From Escherichia phage vB_EcoM_phAPEC6: a stretch of DNA of 64,000 nucleotides. Numbering within the stretch: the stretch's first letter is position 1; the number at the start of each line of letters is the position of its first letter. The stretch lies in sequence record MK817115.1, one strand, 5' to 3'. Positions 55,601-64,000 of this stretch are shown here, piece by piece. Under the pieces are notes generated by a model, which worked only from the letters and a program-made list of their open reading frames with translations, did no database searches and was not told the DNA's origin. The position numbers were made by a program, and so were the translations under genes.

Positions 55601-56631
55601 ACATATCTACGTCCAAAATCCACCCAGGGTAACTACGCCCAAAATCCGTCAGTACTATACCATAGATCTATCTTTTGAAAGGGAGTATTCAGTACTGCCA
55701 TCATAGCCCTCACTATGTTACCCTAGGAGGATGAAGACTATCATGTAGTACTGAATACTGTTAGAGGGAATCCACCAGCACAAGCTGGTGGCATAATGCT
55801 TTAGATTAAAATCAGTACTGACACCATTCTGTTAATATCAGTACTGTTATTACGATTTTCATATGAGGTTCAAAAAGATGTACCACCACAGGAGGAACTA
55901 TCTTTTCTGTACTGTCTCACGACAGGAGGTAGAGTAAATGAATTGTTCGCAGCAACTCATCACCCTATGTAGAACATTATACAGTACTGAATCATAATGT
56001 CAATAGCTTTCTTTCATTATTCAGTACTGATATTCTTGAGAACTACCCGACTACAAACATCATTATATCCCACAAATCATAAACGTCCCAACGTAAATTT
56101 CAACTTTCGAAGATCCAACTTTTATTTCATAGGTACTCCAAAATTTTTAGGATCGAGATTTAGGATGGAGTACTAACCAACTTTTTGCTGGAGCCTCAAG
56201 GGGTAATGGAATTTTACCCCGAAGGGTAAAGGGGTAATTGAAATTAAGGTGAAAGTAATAATTCAGTACTAATCATTGCGTGATTACTTTTGATTACATT
56301 TGATGTAATTTGAAAAATGGAAAAGGAGCTTGGAAACTACAAAGTACGGCAGACTTCCTCTGCCTACTTAGTGGCATATCAGTACTGAATCCTTCCCGTG
56401 CATTCTTGAGCATTCTTGTCTATACTAATCAGTACTGAATCATATATAATCATTCTGTGATTCTACGGTGCTCATATAAATGTTTATATATGATTACTTA
56501 TGACTACCTATGATTACGGGGTTTAGCCTGGGGAGAATCCTAGTGATCGCATTTGTCCAGGCTGAATTTTAACAATTCGCCTGTACATAAAGGTTGTTCA
56601 CTAGGAGCTTCCCCTGTCTCTATGTGTTTAA

Positions 56632-56823
56632 TTACTTTCTATATATAAGCATTAAGATATAGTAGTACTGATTATACTGTACATTCTCTTTAATATTATA
56701 AGGGTCTATAGCAATCTCGGTACATCTGTTAAATGCATATCTATTAAATGCCAGTGGAATTATAGATCTAATCCATACTTGTTCATTTTCTTTTAGTTTA
56801 CTTATATAGAAGTTTTTATACAT
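56632..56823 (-). CDS. FamC mini-protein
   Basis: N-term MYKNFY, C-term ILMLIYRK; tandem array. Confidence 0.55.
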   Translation of the reverse strand: MYKNFYISKLKENEQVWIRSIIPLAFNRYAFNRCTEIAIDPYNIKENVQYNQYYYILMLIYRK

Positions 56824-56838
56824 AGTATTCTCTATTAA

Positions 56839-57021
56839 TTAATATGATAGTACTAGTGTTAGTACTGAGCACAATTGTTCTTTATAGTTCTTAGGGTATA
56901 TAGAATCTTTTATGCACTCATTGAAGTGCCATAGGTATAATCTTGGGTCGCATTCTTTATATATTCTTACGGGGACGAATGTTAGTTTTCTTATATAGAA
57001 TTCTTTATGTTCTTTATTCAT
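56839..57021 (-). CDS. FamC mini-protein
   Basis: N-term MNKEHKEFY, C-term LTLVLSY. Confidence 0.55.
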   Translation of the reverse strand: MNKEHKEFYIRKLTFVPVRIYKECDPRLYLWHFNECIKDSIYPKNYKEQLCSVLTLVLSY

Positions 57022-57022
57022 A

Positions 57023-57211
57023 TTAGTACCTGAATATAAGTAGGATTATGTTATAGTACTGGTTAGTACTGCAATGATTCTCTATACATCGATTAACAGT
57101 TATGGAATAGCTATATCTGGCGTAAGCATTATCCAGCGGGATTTTACATTGAGCACTTAGAGAAAGTACAGTAGGTAGTGTATTCAAATAGAAGTCTTTG
57201 TAATTATTCAT
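57023..57211 (-). CDS. FamC mini-protein
   Basis: N-term MNNYKDFY, C-term ILLIFRY. Confidence 0.55.
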   Translation of the reverse strand: MNNYKDFYLNTLPTVLSLSAQCKIPLDNAYARYSYSITVNRCIENHCSTNQYYNIILLIFRY

Positions 57212-57413
57212 ACAGGAATAGTATACCTATGATACCTGAGTACAGGTTAGTACTGTTACCATCTTCGTTTGCGTTTAAAGTCATTTGAATACAATTATTG
57301 TAGCATACTCTGCCGAAAAATGTATTAGTACTTAAAGGTGGAGTAGTCCTTAGAAACATTTGTTCTGAGGGGCTTATGTATTTGGAGTAGAATTCTTTAT
57401 GTTCTTTATTCAT
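57204..57413 (-). CDS. FamC mini-protein
   Basis: N-term MNKEHKEFY; near-duplicate of 60216..60425. Confidence 0.55.
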   Translation of the reverse strand: MNKEHKEFYSKYISPSEQMFLRTTPPLSTNTFFGRVCYNNCIQMTLNANEDGNSTNLYSGIIGILFLYE

Positions 57414-57418
57414 ATTAG

Positions 57419-57604
57419 TTAGTGTCTGTATATAAGTAATAGTAAGAATACGTACTGCACATCTTCATCTTTAGTATTGAGTACTGTACGTATTGCGTCA
57501 TTAAACAAGAATATAGTACTTGGGTCATGAGAATTTAAAGGGGTTCTGGGTACGGCATGTTTGTAGTTCCCTTTAACAAATTGTGTGTAGTATTCTCTAT
57601 GCAT
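57419..57604 (-). CDS. FamC mini-protein
   Basis: N-term MHREYY, C-term LLLLIYRH. Confidence 0.55.
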   Translation of the reverse strand: MHREYYTQFVKGNYKHAVPRTPLNSHDPSTIFLFNDAIRTVLNTKDEDVQYVFLLLLIYRH

Positions 57605-57605
57605 A

Positions 57606-57791
57606 TTAGTACCTATATATTAGGGCGATAATGTAGTACAATTCATATGGAATGTAATTTGGGGTGATCGCACACTGTGTATGGTAAATGAATTGTTCGG
57701 TATTTTTCTTATCCTTGATATCTATTGGGATTAGTGGTATAAGCATTTGGGAGTTTAGATCGAGATGGCTTAAGTAGAATTCTTTATGCAT
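57606..57791 (-). CDS. FamC mini-protein
   Basis: N-term MHKEFY, C-term IALIYRY. Confidence 0.55.
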   Translation of the reverse strand: MHKEFYLSHLDLNSQMLIPLIPIDIKDKKNTEQFIYHTQCAITPNYIPYELYYIIALIYRY

Positions 57792-57800
57792 ATTGTTCTT

Positions 57801-57989
57801 TTAGAATACGAAAGCTAGGTACAGGGTATGATACAGTACTCGATGATAGCTGTCAAAATCTAGTATACATGCTTTAGTGCACATAGTAAAGTACACTTTA
57901 TCGTTTTGTGCATTGATACCGCGAGGTTTATCTAATAGATTAGTACTGAGGTACATTGGGAAATATTTTGTGTAGTATTCTTTATGCAT
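57801..57989 (-). CDS. FamC mini-protein
   Basis: start at Met16 (MHKEYYTKYF); track ORF to 58034. Confidence 0.5.
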   Translation of the reverse strand: MHKEYYTKYFPMYLSTNLLDKPRGINAQNDKVYFTMCTKACILDFDSYHRVLYHTLYLAFVF

Positions 57990-57990
57990 A

Positions 57991-58173
57991 TTAGTACCTG
58001 AATATAAGTAGGATAGTGTTATATAGCTGGTCATAACTACTACTATTTTCTATACTTCGTTCTATGCAGTTATTGAATCCCAGTACTGCCAAATCGTTAT
58101 CCATAGGGACTTTGTATCTGGCGTAGTGTTCAAAAATGCTGGGGAGAAATTGTGTGTAGTATTCTTTGTGCAT
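57991..58173 (-). CDS. FamC mini-protein
   Basis: N-term MHKEYY, C-term ILLIFRY. Confidence 0.55.
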   Translation of the reverse strand: MHKEYYTQFLPSIFEHYARYKVPMDNDLAVLGFNNCIERSIENSSSYDQLYNTILLIFRY

Positions 58174-58174
58174 A

Positions 58175-58360
58175 TTAGTACCTATATATTAGTAAAAGGA
58201 TGTGATACAGTACTCGATTATAGTCTTCAATATATATCGAGGATTTAGTGCACTGAATGAAGTAGTCTTTTTCGTAGTTTTTTTCTATACCCAATGGTTC
58301 TGTTGGTACAAGGTGTTGGAGATACATTGGGAGTTTCTCTATGTAGTATTCTTTATACAT
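58175..58360 (-). CDS. FamC mini-protein
   Basis: N-term MYKEYY, C-term LLLIYRY; AAGGA RBS. Confidence 0.55.
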   Translation of the reverse strand: MYKEYYIEKLPMYLQHLVPTEPLGIEKNYEKDYFIQCTKSSIYIEDYNRVLYHILLLIYRY

Positions 58361-58369
58361 ATATTATCC

Positions 58370-58567
58370 TTAGTACTGGAACGCAAGGTACAGGGTGTGG
58401 TAAAGTTGTACTTGATAATTGTTTTCATTAGCTTCTTCATTAAGTACTTGTTCAGTACATGTACGGAAGTAATCAGCTTCATATATACAGTCAATACCGC
58501 GAGGTTCATCTTCTAATAGATTTCCTTGTAGAAACTTTGGTAGTTCTTTTATGTAGAATTCTTTATA
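58370..58567 (-). CDS. FamC mini-protein
   Basis: start at Met23 (MYKEFYIKELP); track ORF to 58633. Confidence 0.5.
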   Translation of the reverse strand, partial: YKEFYIKELPKFLQGNLLEDEPRGIDCIYEADYFRTCTEQVLNEEANENNYQVQLYHTLYLAFQY

Positions 58568-59234
58568 CATAGTTTGTAATATACGTAATGAGGTGATGCA
58601 TTTTCTTATCAGTACTGATAATTTCCTGTACATGTTTTGTCAGATTGTACGCGTTTTTATAGAGTACTGGATTATCGATTACAGTACTGTACATGAATAG
58701 TTCTTCTTCCTGTAGTTCTTTGTGTTCTAGTTCTTTGAGGAATTCTACAATTGATTTAGTTTCTTCTGTACGTTGTGCTTGCCAGAAGTGCATATTCTCG
58801 TGTACTTTTTTTGCACCTATACTGTATATACCACCCATTTGGAATTGTGCTGTATTGACATCGTGGGAGGTGTTACAATTCCCGAAGAAGTATGTATTCC
58901 CGAAGTATAGCATTAAAGTGCACGGGGTATTATCCAACTGCATATGGATGATGAAGGATGCGTTCTTTAGTACCTTTGTGCTCGTATTAGTACTCAATAC
59001 TTTTAAATCAGTATTATAGATATTCATATAATGAACAGCTATATTATTTTTCTTCATGTACAATCCCAGGTTCTTTGATACGTTAACTCCATTTGTACTG
59101 GATTTTTCCTTTTTATTTCGTTTCTTTAGTACATTCGGGTGATACGTATATGCAGATGTAACTGATTCTGCCTGAATACTATTGAGGTACTTAAAGTGCT
59201 TAAGGTATTGTTTGCTGTGTGCATTAAGTTTCAT
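58563..59234 (-). CDS. FamA-like protein embedded in FamC array
   Basis: 223 aa with QEEELFMYSTVIDN (FQxS-type core with M for Q). Confidence 0.55.
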   Translation of the reverse strand: MKLNAHSKQYLKHFKYLNSIQAESVTSAYTYHPNVLKKRNKKEKSSTNGVNVSKNLGLYMKKNNIAVHYMNIYNTDLKVLSTNTSTKVLKNASFIIHMQLDNTPCTLMLYFGNTYFFGNCNTSHDVNTAQFQMGGIYSIGAKKVHENMHFWQAQRTEETKSIVEFLKELEHKELQEEELFMYSTVIDNPVLYKNAYNLTKHVQEIISTDKKMHHLITYITNYV

Positions 59235-59244
59235 TTGGTTTCCT

Positions 59245-59424
59245 TTATATAGATGCCAGGGCGAGGATTTCCCTGTAGGGATTATCTTGTGTTAGTACAG
59301 CATAAATGCAGTTATTGAGATTAATATTTTTAGTACTTTTTGTTCCTAGTTTGTAGTACTTCACGAAGGTGTCGTACATGAAACGGTCTTTTATGGTTAT
59401 ACGTTCTCTATAGAATTGTTGCAT
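59245..59424 (-). CDS. FamC-like mini-protein (59 aa)
   Basis: hand-translated; N-term MQQFY, C-term EILALASI; just below track cutoff. Confidence 0.4.
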   Translation of the reverse strand: MQQFYRERITIKDRFMYDTFVKYYKLGTKSTKNINLNNCIYAVLTQDNPYREILALASI

Positions 59425-59432
59425 AGTATTCC

Positions 59433-59615
59433 TTAAATAGCGATTAGTTTCATTACTTCTCTGTATGTGTACTTTTCGTTTTGTGCATCTCTTGTGACGA
59501 CATATAGGAAGGTGTGTTTATCTTTTTTGTTCCCGCAATTGTAGAAAATATTGAACTTATTGAAGTTGAATCTTTCGGCGTGTTGTAGTTTAGTTAAATA
59601 GAATTCTATGTTCAT
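59433..59615 (-). CDS. FamC mini-protein
   Basis: N-term MNIEFY, C-term KYTYREVMKLIAI. Confidence 0.5.
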   Translation of the reverse strand: MNIEFYLTKLQHAERFNFNKFNIFYNCGNKKDKHTFLYVVTRDAQNEKYTYREVMKLIAI

Positions 59616-59623
59616 TTTCTTCC

Positions 59624-59809
59624 TTACATTTCAATAAGTTTCAGTACTGCTCGGTACGTGTACTTAGTTGTCAGTGCTTCTTTAATAGAAATACAGAAGT
59701 AATGTTGTTTGTCTCTTATACTGCCGCGTTTGTAGTACCACACATGGGAGTTGTGACTGTACTTGTCTCTGTCGGATAGTTGTTGGTAGTAGTAGCTTAT
59801 ATGATTCAT
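59624..59809 (-). CDS. FamC mini-protein
   Basis: C-term TKYTYRAVLKLIEM, paralog of 59433..59615. Confidence 0.5.
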   Translation of the reverse strand: MNHISYYYQQLSDRDKYSHNSHVWYYKRGSIRDKQHYFCISIKEALTTKYTYRAVLKLIEM

Positions 59810-60018
59810 TATAATGTAATTAGCCTTACTATATTAAAGTACTCGGTCCCTGGTGTACCTTGTAGTATATTACGCACGACATTTTTTTGGTGCTGGATGA
59901 TTGCTGAAGGTGCGGTTCTTTTTAGTTTTTTTAAAGTACTGAATTCTTGTTTAAGTATGAACTGTACATCTTTAGGGAGAATATCTATGTAGTACTGATG
60001 AATGTTTGTAGTTTTCAT
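59809..60018 (-). CDS. FamC mini-protein (QYYID subtype)
   Basis: HQYYIDILP and RNILQGTPG; paralog of 60427..60630. Confidence 0.5.
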   Translation of the reverse strand: MKTTNIHQYYIDILPKDVQFILKQEFSTLKKLKRTAPSAIIQHQKNVVRNILQGTPGTEYFNIVRLITL

Positions 60019-60028
60019 ATAGCACCTT

Positions 60029-60223
60029 TTAGAACTTAAAGATGAGGTTCAGGATAGAGCGGTACTTAGTTTCAGGGAACTGATGTTCTATTGCATAACG
60101 TGTCGCCATCCTGAAATCGTAATTGTAATATAGATTATCCTTTCTCATAGGTGGTGCTAAAGAGAATGATAGCTGGTCTTGCTTGTGTAGTTTACTACCA
60201 TAGAAATCTTTATGATTATTCAT
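60029..60223 (-). CDS. FamC mini-protein
   Basis: N-term MNNHKDFY, C-term LNLIFKF. Confidence 0.5.
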   Translation of the reverse strand: MNNHKDFYGSKLHKQDQLSFSLAPPMRKDNLYYNYDFRMATRYAIEHQFPETKYRSILNLIFKF

Positions 60224-60425
60224 AGAAGTAGATTAGTCCTATTAAACCTGAGTACATAATATTTTTGTTATTGCATTCGATTGCTTCTAGAGTACTACGT
60301 ATACAATTATTAAAGCAATCTCTACCGAAGTGAGTATTGGTACTTACAGGTGATACACTCCTTAGAAACAATTGTTCTTCGTTGCTAAGGTATTTGGTGT
60401 AGAATTCTTTATGTTCAGTATTCAT
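60216..60425 (-). CDS. FamC mini-protein
   Basis: N-term MNTEHKEFYTKYLS, near-duplicate of 57204..57413. Confidence 0.55.
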   Translation of the reverse strand: MNTEHKEFYTKYLSNEEQLFLRSVSPVSTNTHFGRDCFNNCIRSTLEAIECNNKNIMYSGLIGLIYFYE

Positions 60426-60426
60426 A

Positions 60427-60630
60427 TTAGTACTCGATTAAAAGGGCAAGGATATAATAGTATTGCATACTTTCTGCCCCTTGTAAAGCATTTCTTATGA
60501 TATTATTCCTGTACGAGTTCAGGAGTTTAGGACAACGTTTGTAGTGTATAATAGTATTTTGTGTATACAGTAGGCTTTCTCGTAGACCTTTTGTTGGTAG
60601 TGCATCGATGTAGTACTGTTCGATATTCAT
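60427..60630 (-). CDS. FamC mini-protein (QYYID subtype)
   Basis: EQYYIDALP and RNALQGAES. Confidence 0.5.
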   Translation of the reverse strand: MNIEQYYIDALPTKGLRESLLYTQNTIIHYKRCPKLLNSYRNNIIRNALQGAESMQYYYILALLIEY

Positions 60631-60854
60631 ATAGATAGCAGTACTAAGATTTTTGATAATTGTTTATTGCTATCCCCGCAGATGTTGCTGTGTAAAATAC
60701 TCACAATGAGGGTATCAATTGCATTGTTCATCATAAGGGTGCATCCTGGACTATTATAATTTTTTAGCTCAATTAGCCACGAACTATCCGAGAGAAACTC
60801 CCCGTACTCTAGTTCATTTAGAGTATTGAGGTAGTACTTAAGAGTATTTGTCAT
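60627..60854 (-). CDS. FamC-like mini-protein (first gene of array)
   Basis: ORF-track ORF, C-term KILVLLSI; divergent point of transcription. Confidence 0.45.
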   Translation of the reverse strand: MTNTLKYYLNTLNELEYGEFLSDSSWLIELKNYNSPGCTLMMNNAIDTLIVSILHSNICGDSNKQLSKILVLLSI

Positions 60855-60899
60855 GTGTAGTTCTCCTTATATTCCTTCTATAGTACAACAGTACTGAAA

Positions 60900-60956
60900 G
60901 GATGTCAAGGGTTTTCTTTATGGGGTAAATATGATATAATGAATAAGGAGGGATTT
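60900..60956 (+). promoter_or_regulatory. promoter-like region and RBS for first RCC1-like gene
   Basis: TATAAT box then AAGGAGG RBS 5 nt before ATG; -35 not obvious; same block repeated before the two downstream paralogs. Confidence 0.4.
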
Positions 60957-62105
60957 ATGTTACCTTTTGCAAGAATGATTAAGTACGGGAATATTGCCCC
61001 TGGTGATGATGGACGTTTTAAAATATATTCCAGTGATTCCATGTATCTTCATGATACTTATACTGATAAGTTGTATGCATCTTCTGCGACGAATTGGGGT
61101 ACTGGTACAGGTGTAGCATCGAGTAAATTTATTCTTTGTGCGGAGAATGTTAAACGAGTTCTATTGGAAGATAACAGTAGTGATTGTCAATTGTACGAAG
61201 AGAAAGGTACGGGAAAAGTTTTTATCACTGGCAACACGAAGGCATTCACTGGTGTAACTGATAGAAAAACTTTGTGGACGGACTGTACTACATGGATAAC
61301 ATCAGGTGGTATTAATGTTTCTGATATAAAATACATGAGTAGTTTTTATGATATGAAGGTGAATTTGATAACAAACGATGGTACATTGTATTGTTGTGGA
61401 GCTAACAATATATCGAACATATCATCATTTGGTGATGGCACAAACATTAATTCTTTTAACACATTCAAAAGAGTAGATACTATAACTTCGGTTAAAAAGG
61501 CAGTTGGTAACATTTATTTGCGAGAAGATAATACTTTATGGGGTTGTGGTTTTAACTATTACTACCAGTTGGGTACGGGTAATCAAACTTCTATTACTGG
61601 GGTGACGATGATTTCTTCGGATGTTATAGATTTTAATGTAAGTTATCAGAGTACATTTTTTATCAAATCGGATAATAATTTGTACGCTTGTGGTAAACAG
61701 TTCGGTGCACAATATGGGAACGAATTTGGTACAGGTGGTACTTCTACATCTACAGATATACAATATAAAACTCCGACATTATTGAGTTCAGGAGTTTATA
61801 CTCTATATACTTGTGTTGGTAACATGGCATCACATATTGTCAAAGCAGATGAAGTTCTATATGCTTCTGGAACGAATGGGTTTGGGCAATTAGGTGTTGG
61901 TAATAATAATAATCAGTACTCCTATACTCCTTCTTATACTTCTTTTAATAGTTCGTGTGATTTGGTACGCAGTCCATCTGGATCACTTATACTTACGGAT
62001 ACTGGAAAATTATATTATTGTGGCATTGCAATAGTAGTAATGGGTGGTATTTCTGGACAGAACGTTCTTAATTATACAGAAGTAGATATGTCATTTATAC
62101 AATGA
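60957..62105 (+). CDS. RCC1-like repeat (beta-propeller) protein, FamD copy 1
   Basis: repeated LWGCGFNYYYQLGTGN, LYASGTNGFGQLGVGN blocks; start at MLPFARMIKYGN behind AAGGAGG (track ORF begins 18 nt upstream). Confidence 0.6.
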   Translation: MLPFARMIKYGNIAPGDDGRFKIYSSDSMYLHDTYTDKLYASSATNWGTGTGVASSKFILCAENVKRVLLEDNSSDCQLYEEKGTGKVFITGNTKAFTGVTDRKTLWTDCTTWITSGGINVSDIKYMSSFYDMKVNLITNDGTLYCCGANNISNISSFGDGTNINSFNTFKRVDTITSVKKAVGNIYLREDNTLWGCGFNYYYQLGTGNQTSITGVTMISSDVIDFNVSYQSTFFIKSDNNLYACGKQFGAQYGNEFGTGGTSTSTDIQYKTPTLLSSGVYTLYTCVGNMASHIVKADEVLYASGTNGFGQLGVGNNNNQYSYTPSYTSFNSSCDLVRSPSGSLILTDTGKLYYCGIAIVVMGGISGQNVLNYTEVDMSFIQ

Positions 62106-62113
62106 ATTAATAT

Positions 62114-62142
62114 GCCAGTACTTGATACTGGCTTTTCTTTTT
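62114..62142 (+). terminator. rho-independent terminator
   Basis: GCCAGTA-CTTGA-TACTGGC hairpin followed by TTTTCTTTTT. Confidence 0.6.
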
Positions 62143-62177
62143 GTATTAAATATAGTATAATGAATAAAGGAGGAATT

Positions 62178-63320
62178 ATGTTACCTTTTGCAAGAATGGT
62201 TAAGTACGGGAATATTGCACCTGCACAAATCGGTAGATATAAAATATACAGTTCATCTTCTTCACTATTTTTATTGGATACCCAAAAACACAATTTGTAC
62301 AGTACATCGAACATTAATTATACTAGTGGTACAGGTAATGTTGAGCCTAAATTTGTGTTAAGTGCAACTAATGTTAAAAGATTATTACTATCTGATAATA
62401 GTTGTGCAATGCAAATATATGAAGATATGAATGGGCGTGCAGCGATGTGTGGCACAAGAACTGCATATAGTGGGGTTGCAAATGATAATGTACTGGTATG
62501 GACGGATTGCACTACATGGTTCACAAATGTAGGGTTGAATGTATCAGATATTCAGTACATGTCTGGTTTTTATAATCTGAAACTAAACATAGTTATGAAT
62601 AATGGTGATTTGTGGTGTAGTGGGAAAAACAACACTACTACTATGTCATCATTTGGTAATAGCACAAATATCGATTCATTCAATCAGTTTACCAAAATAA
62701 CAACAATATCAAATGTTATTAAAGCCACCGGGAATATATACTTATGTGCAGATAATACTTTATGGGGATGTGGTTTTAACTCTTACTATCAGTTAGGGAC
62801 AGGTAATCAAACATCCAGTATTAATTTGATTATGATGGCTTCTAATGTTATCGACTGTAATGTTGGTCTTCAAAATACTTATTACTTGACTAATAATAAA
62901 GAACTTTATGGATGTGGTACACAATTTGGTACAACTTACGGGAATGAATTTGGAACAGGAAGGCAGGGAACATCAATACAATATAAGACTCCTACTATAA
63001 TTTTCACAAATGCAGATGGTCTGGCTGTTTGTGTCGGTAATATGTCTACTCATGTTATTCAATATGATAAAGTTTTTAGTTCTGGTAATAATGCCCTTGC
63101 ACAGTTGGGTGTAGGCAACCGTGACAATGTGTACACATATACACAATCATTTGATAATTTCAAAATGGATTCTTCTATAGTACGTGCAAACGTTGGAACA
63201 TTGATAATGACAGCGGACAATAAGTTATATTACAGTGGGAGAAATGATGTTGTTATGGGTGGAACAAGCACACAATACACGACGGTTTTCAGTGAAGTTA
63301 ATATGTCATTTATACAATGA
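62178..63320 (+). CDS. RCC1-like repeat protein, FamD copy 2
   Basis: same N-terminus MLPFARMVKYGN and C-terminus EVNMSFIQ as copy 1; LWGCGFNSYYQLGTGN; start behind AAGGAGG. Confidence 0.6.
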   Translation: MLPFARMVKYGNIAPAQIGRYKIYSSSSSLFLLDTQKHNLYSTSNINYTSGTGNVEPKFVLSATNVKRLLLSDNSCAMQIYEDMNGRAAMCGTRTAYSGVANDNVLVWTDCTTWFTNVGLNVSDIQYMSGFYNLKLNIVMNNGDLWCSGKNNTTTMSSFGNSTNIDSFNQFTKITTISNVIKATGNIYLCADNTLWGCGFNSYYQLGTGNQTSSINLIMMASNVIDCNVGLQNTYYLTNNKELYGCGTQFGTTYGNEFGTGRQGTSIQYKTPTIIFTNADGLAVCVGNMSTHVIQYDKVFSSGNNALAQLGVGNRDNVYTYTQSFDNFKMDSSIVRANVGTLIMTADNKLYYSGRNDVVMGGTSTQYTTVFSEVNMSFIQ

Positions 63321-63326
63321 ATTAAT

Positions 63327-63357
63327 GCCAGTACTTGATACTGGCTTTTCTTTTTTG
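63327..63357 (+). terminator. rho-independent terminator
   Basis: identical GCCAGTACTTGATACTGGC hairpin plus T-run. Confidence 0.6.
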
Positions 63358-63392
63358 TATTAAATATAGTATAATGAATAAAGGAGGGAATT

Positions 63393-64000
63393 ATGTTACC
63401 TTTTGCAAGAATGGTTAAGTACGGAAATGAAGCACCAGAACCAAAACCTCTATTTAAAAATAGATTACAAGCAAATTATAATACTCGTTTTTATTTGCAT
63501 GTTAATGGTGACTTGTACTGGTATGGTTCATCTTCATTTGGACAAGGTGGTAATGGTTCATTACAATCATCCACCGTATGGACCCGTGTGAATAATAATA
63601 TTGAACGTTACTGGGGTGGTGTTCTTGGTTCCATTGCCATTAAGAATGATGGAACTATTTGGTTCACAGGTGCTAGTATAGTAATGCCACAAATCGGAAC
63701 AAATACAAATGGGGTTTGGATTGATGTAACCCAGTACTTCACTGATTTTGGTGTCAGTGCTGATGATATTGATGGTATTGCTGTTGGACAGAATTTGCGT
63801 GTATTTTTGAAAAATGGAAAATGGTTCTACTGTGGTGCTGGCGAGGGTGGTGTATTTGGTAACGCATCAACAGCTAATGTCACATCGTTCAGATACAGCA
63901 CTATAGAAAATGTTAAAAGTTATGGCTGTTCTTTGCTCAGTACTGGGTTAGTTCTTGATGATGGTTCCTATTGGTATGCAGGAAATACTGTTGCTCCTGG
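63393..64000 (+). CDS. RCC1-like repeat protein, FamD copy 3 (partial, continues beyond window)
   Basis: ATG behind AAGGAGGG; frame open to window end on hand translation; N-terminus MLPFARMVKYGN; SFGQGGNG and CGAGEGGVFG glycine-rich repeats; not in ORF track (no stop). Confidence 0.55.
   Translation, partial: MLPFARMVKYGNEAPEPKPLFKNRLQANYNTRFYLHVNGDLYWYGSSSFGQGGNGSLQSSTVWTRVNNNIERYWGGVLGSIAIKNDGTIWFTGASIVMPQIGTNTNGVWIDVTQYFTDFGVSADDIDGIAVGQNLRVFLKNGKWFYCGAGEGGVFGNASTANVTSFRYSTIENVKSYGCSLLSTGLVLDDGSYWYAGNTVAP

Larger units (their letters stand above)
54731..56631. other. noncoding hub (candidate origin/regulatory region)
   Basis: ~1.9 kb without credible ORF; dense CAGTACTG palindromes, direct repeats, iteron-like TAGCCGT arrays, GATTAC and GGGTAA short repeats, promoters on both strands. 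Confidence 0.5.

Overview
AT-rich window that reads like part of a large virulent dsDNA phage genome: sigma70-type TTGACA/TATAAT promoters, AAGGAG-type RBS, very short or overlapping gene junctions and rho-independent terminators. The phage lineage and host cannot be named from sequence alone. From 1 to about 60.85 kb nearly every gene is on the minus strand; three plus-strand genes follow. The window is dominated by four lineage-specific multigene families in tandem arrays: FamA (about 55 members, 100-210 aa, core motif [DE][DE]x[FY]FQxS[TL][VI], 1.3-30 kb plus one at 58.6 kb), FamB (32 members, 70-90 aa, C-terminal LGTNYQE-type motif, mainly 30-36.2 kb), FamC (18 mini-proteins of 59-75 aa, 56.6-60.85 kb) and FamD (three RCC1-like repeat proteins, plus strand, 60.9-64 kb). 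Between them (36.4-54.7 kb) is an early-gene-like block of about 50 small genes, most behind a near-identical promoter / 5' stem-loop / RBS cassette (about 29 copies). Recognisable products there are a protein kinase, a GNAT acetyltransferase, a TraR/DksA-type zinc-finger protein and a signal-peptide protein. A 1.9 kb noncoding hub (54.7-56.6 kb) carries iteron-like repeats and plus-strand consensus promoters. The palindrome CAGTACTG is conspicuous throughout. No rRNA, tRNA, CRISPR array, integrase or transposase was recognised. ORF-track starts were often moved to the first Met after a recognisable RBS. Coordinates of ORFs below the track cutoff and of intergenic elements were derived by hand and may be off by a few nt.
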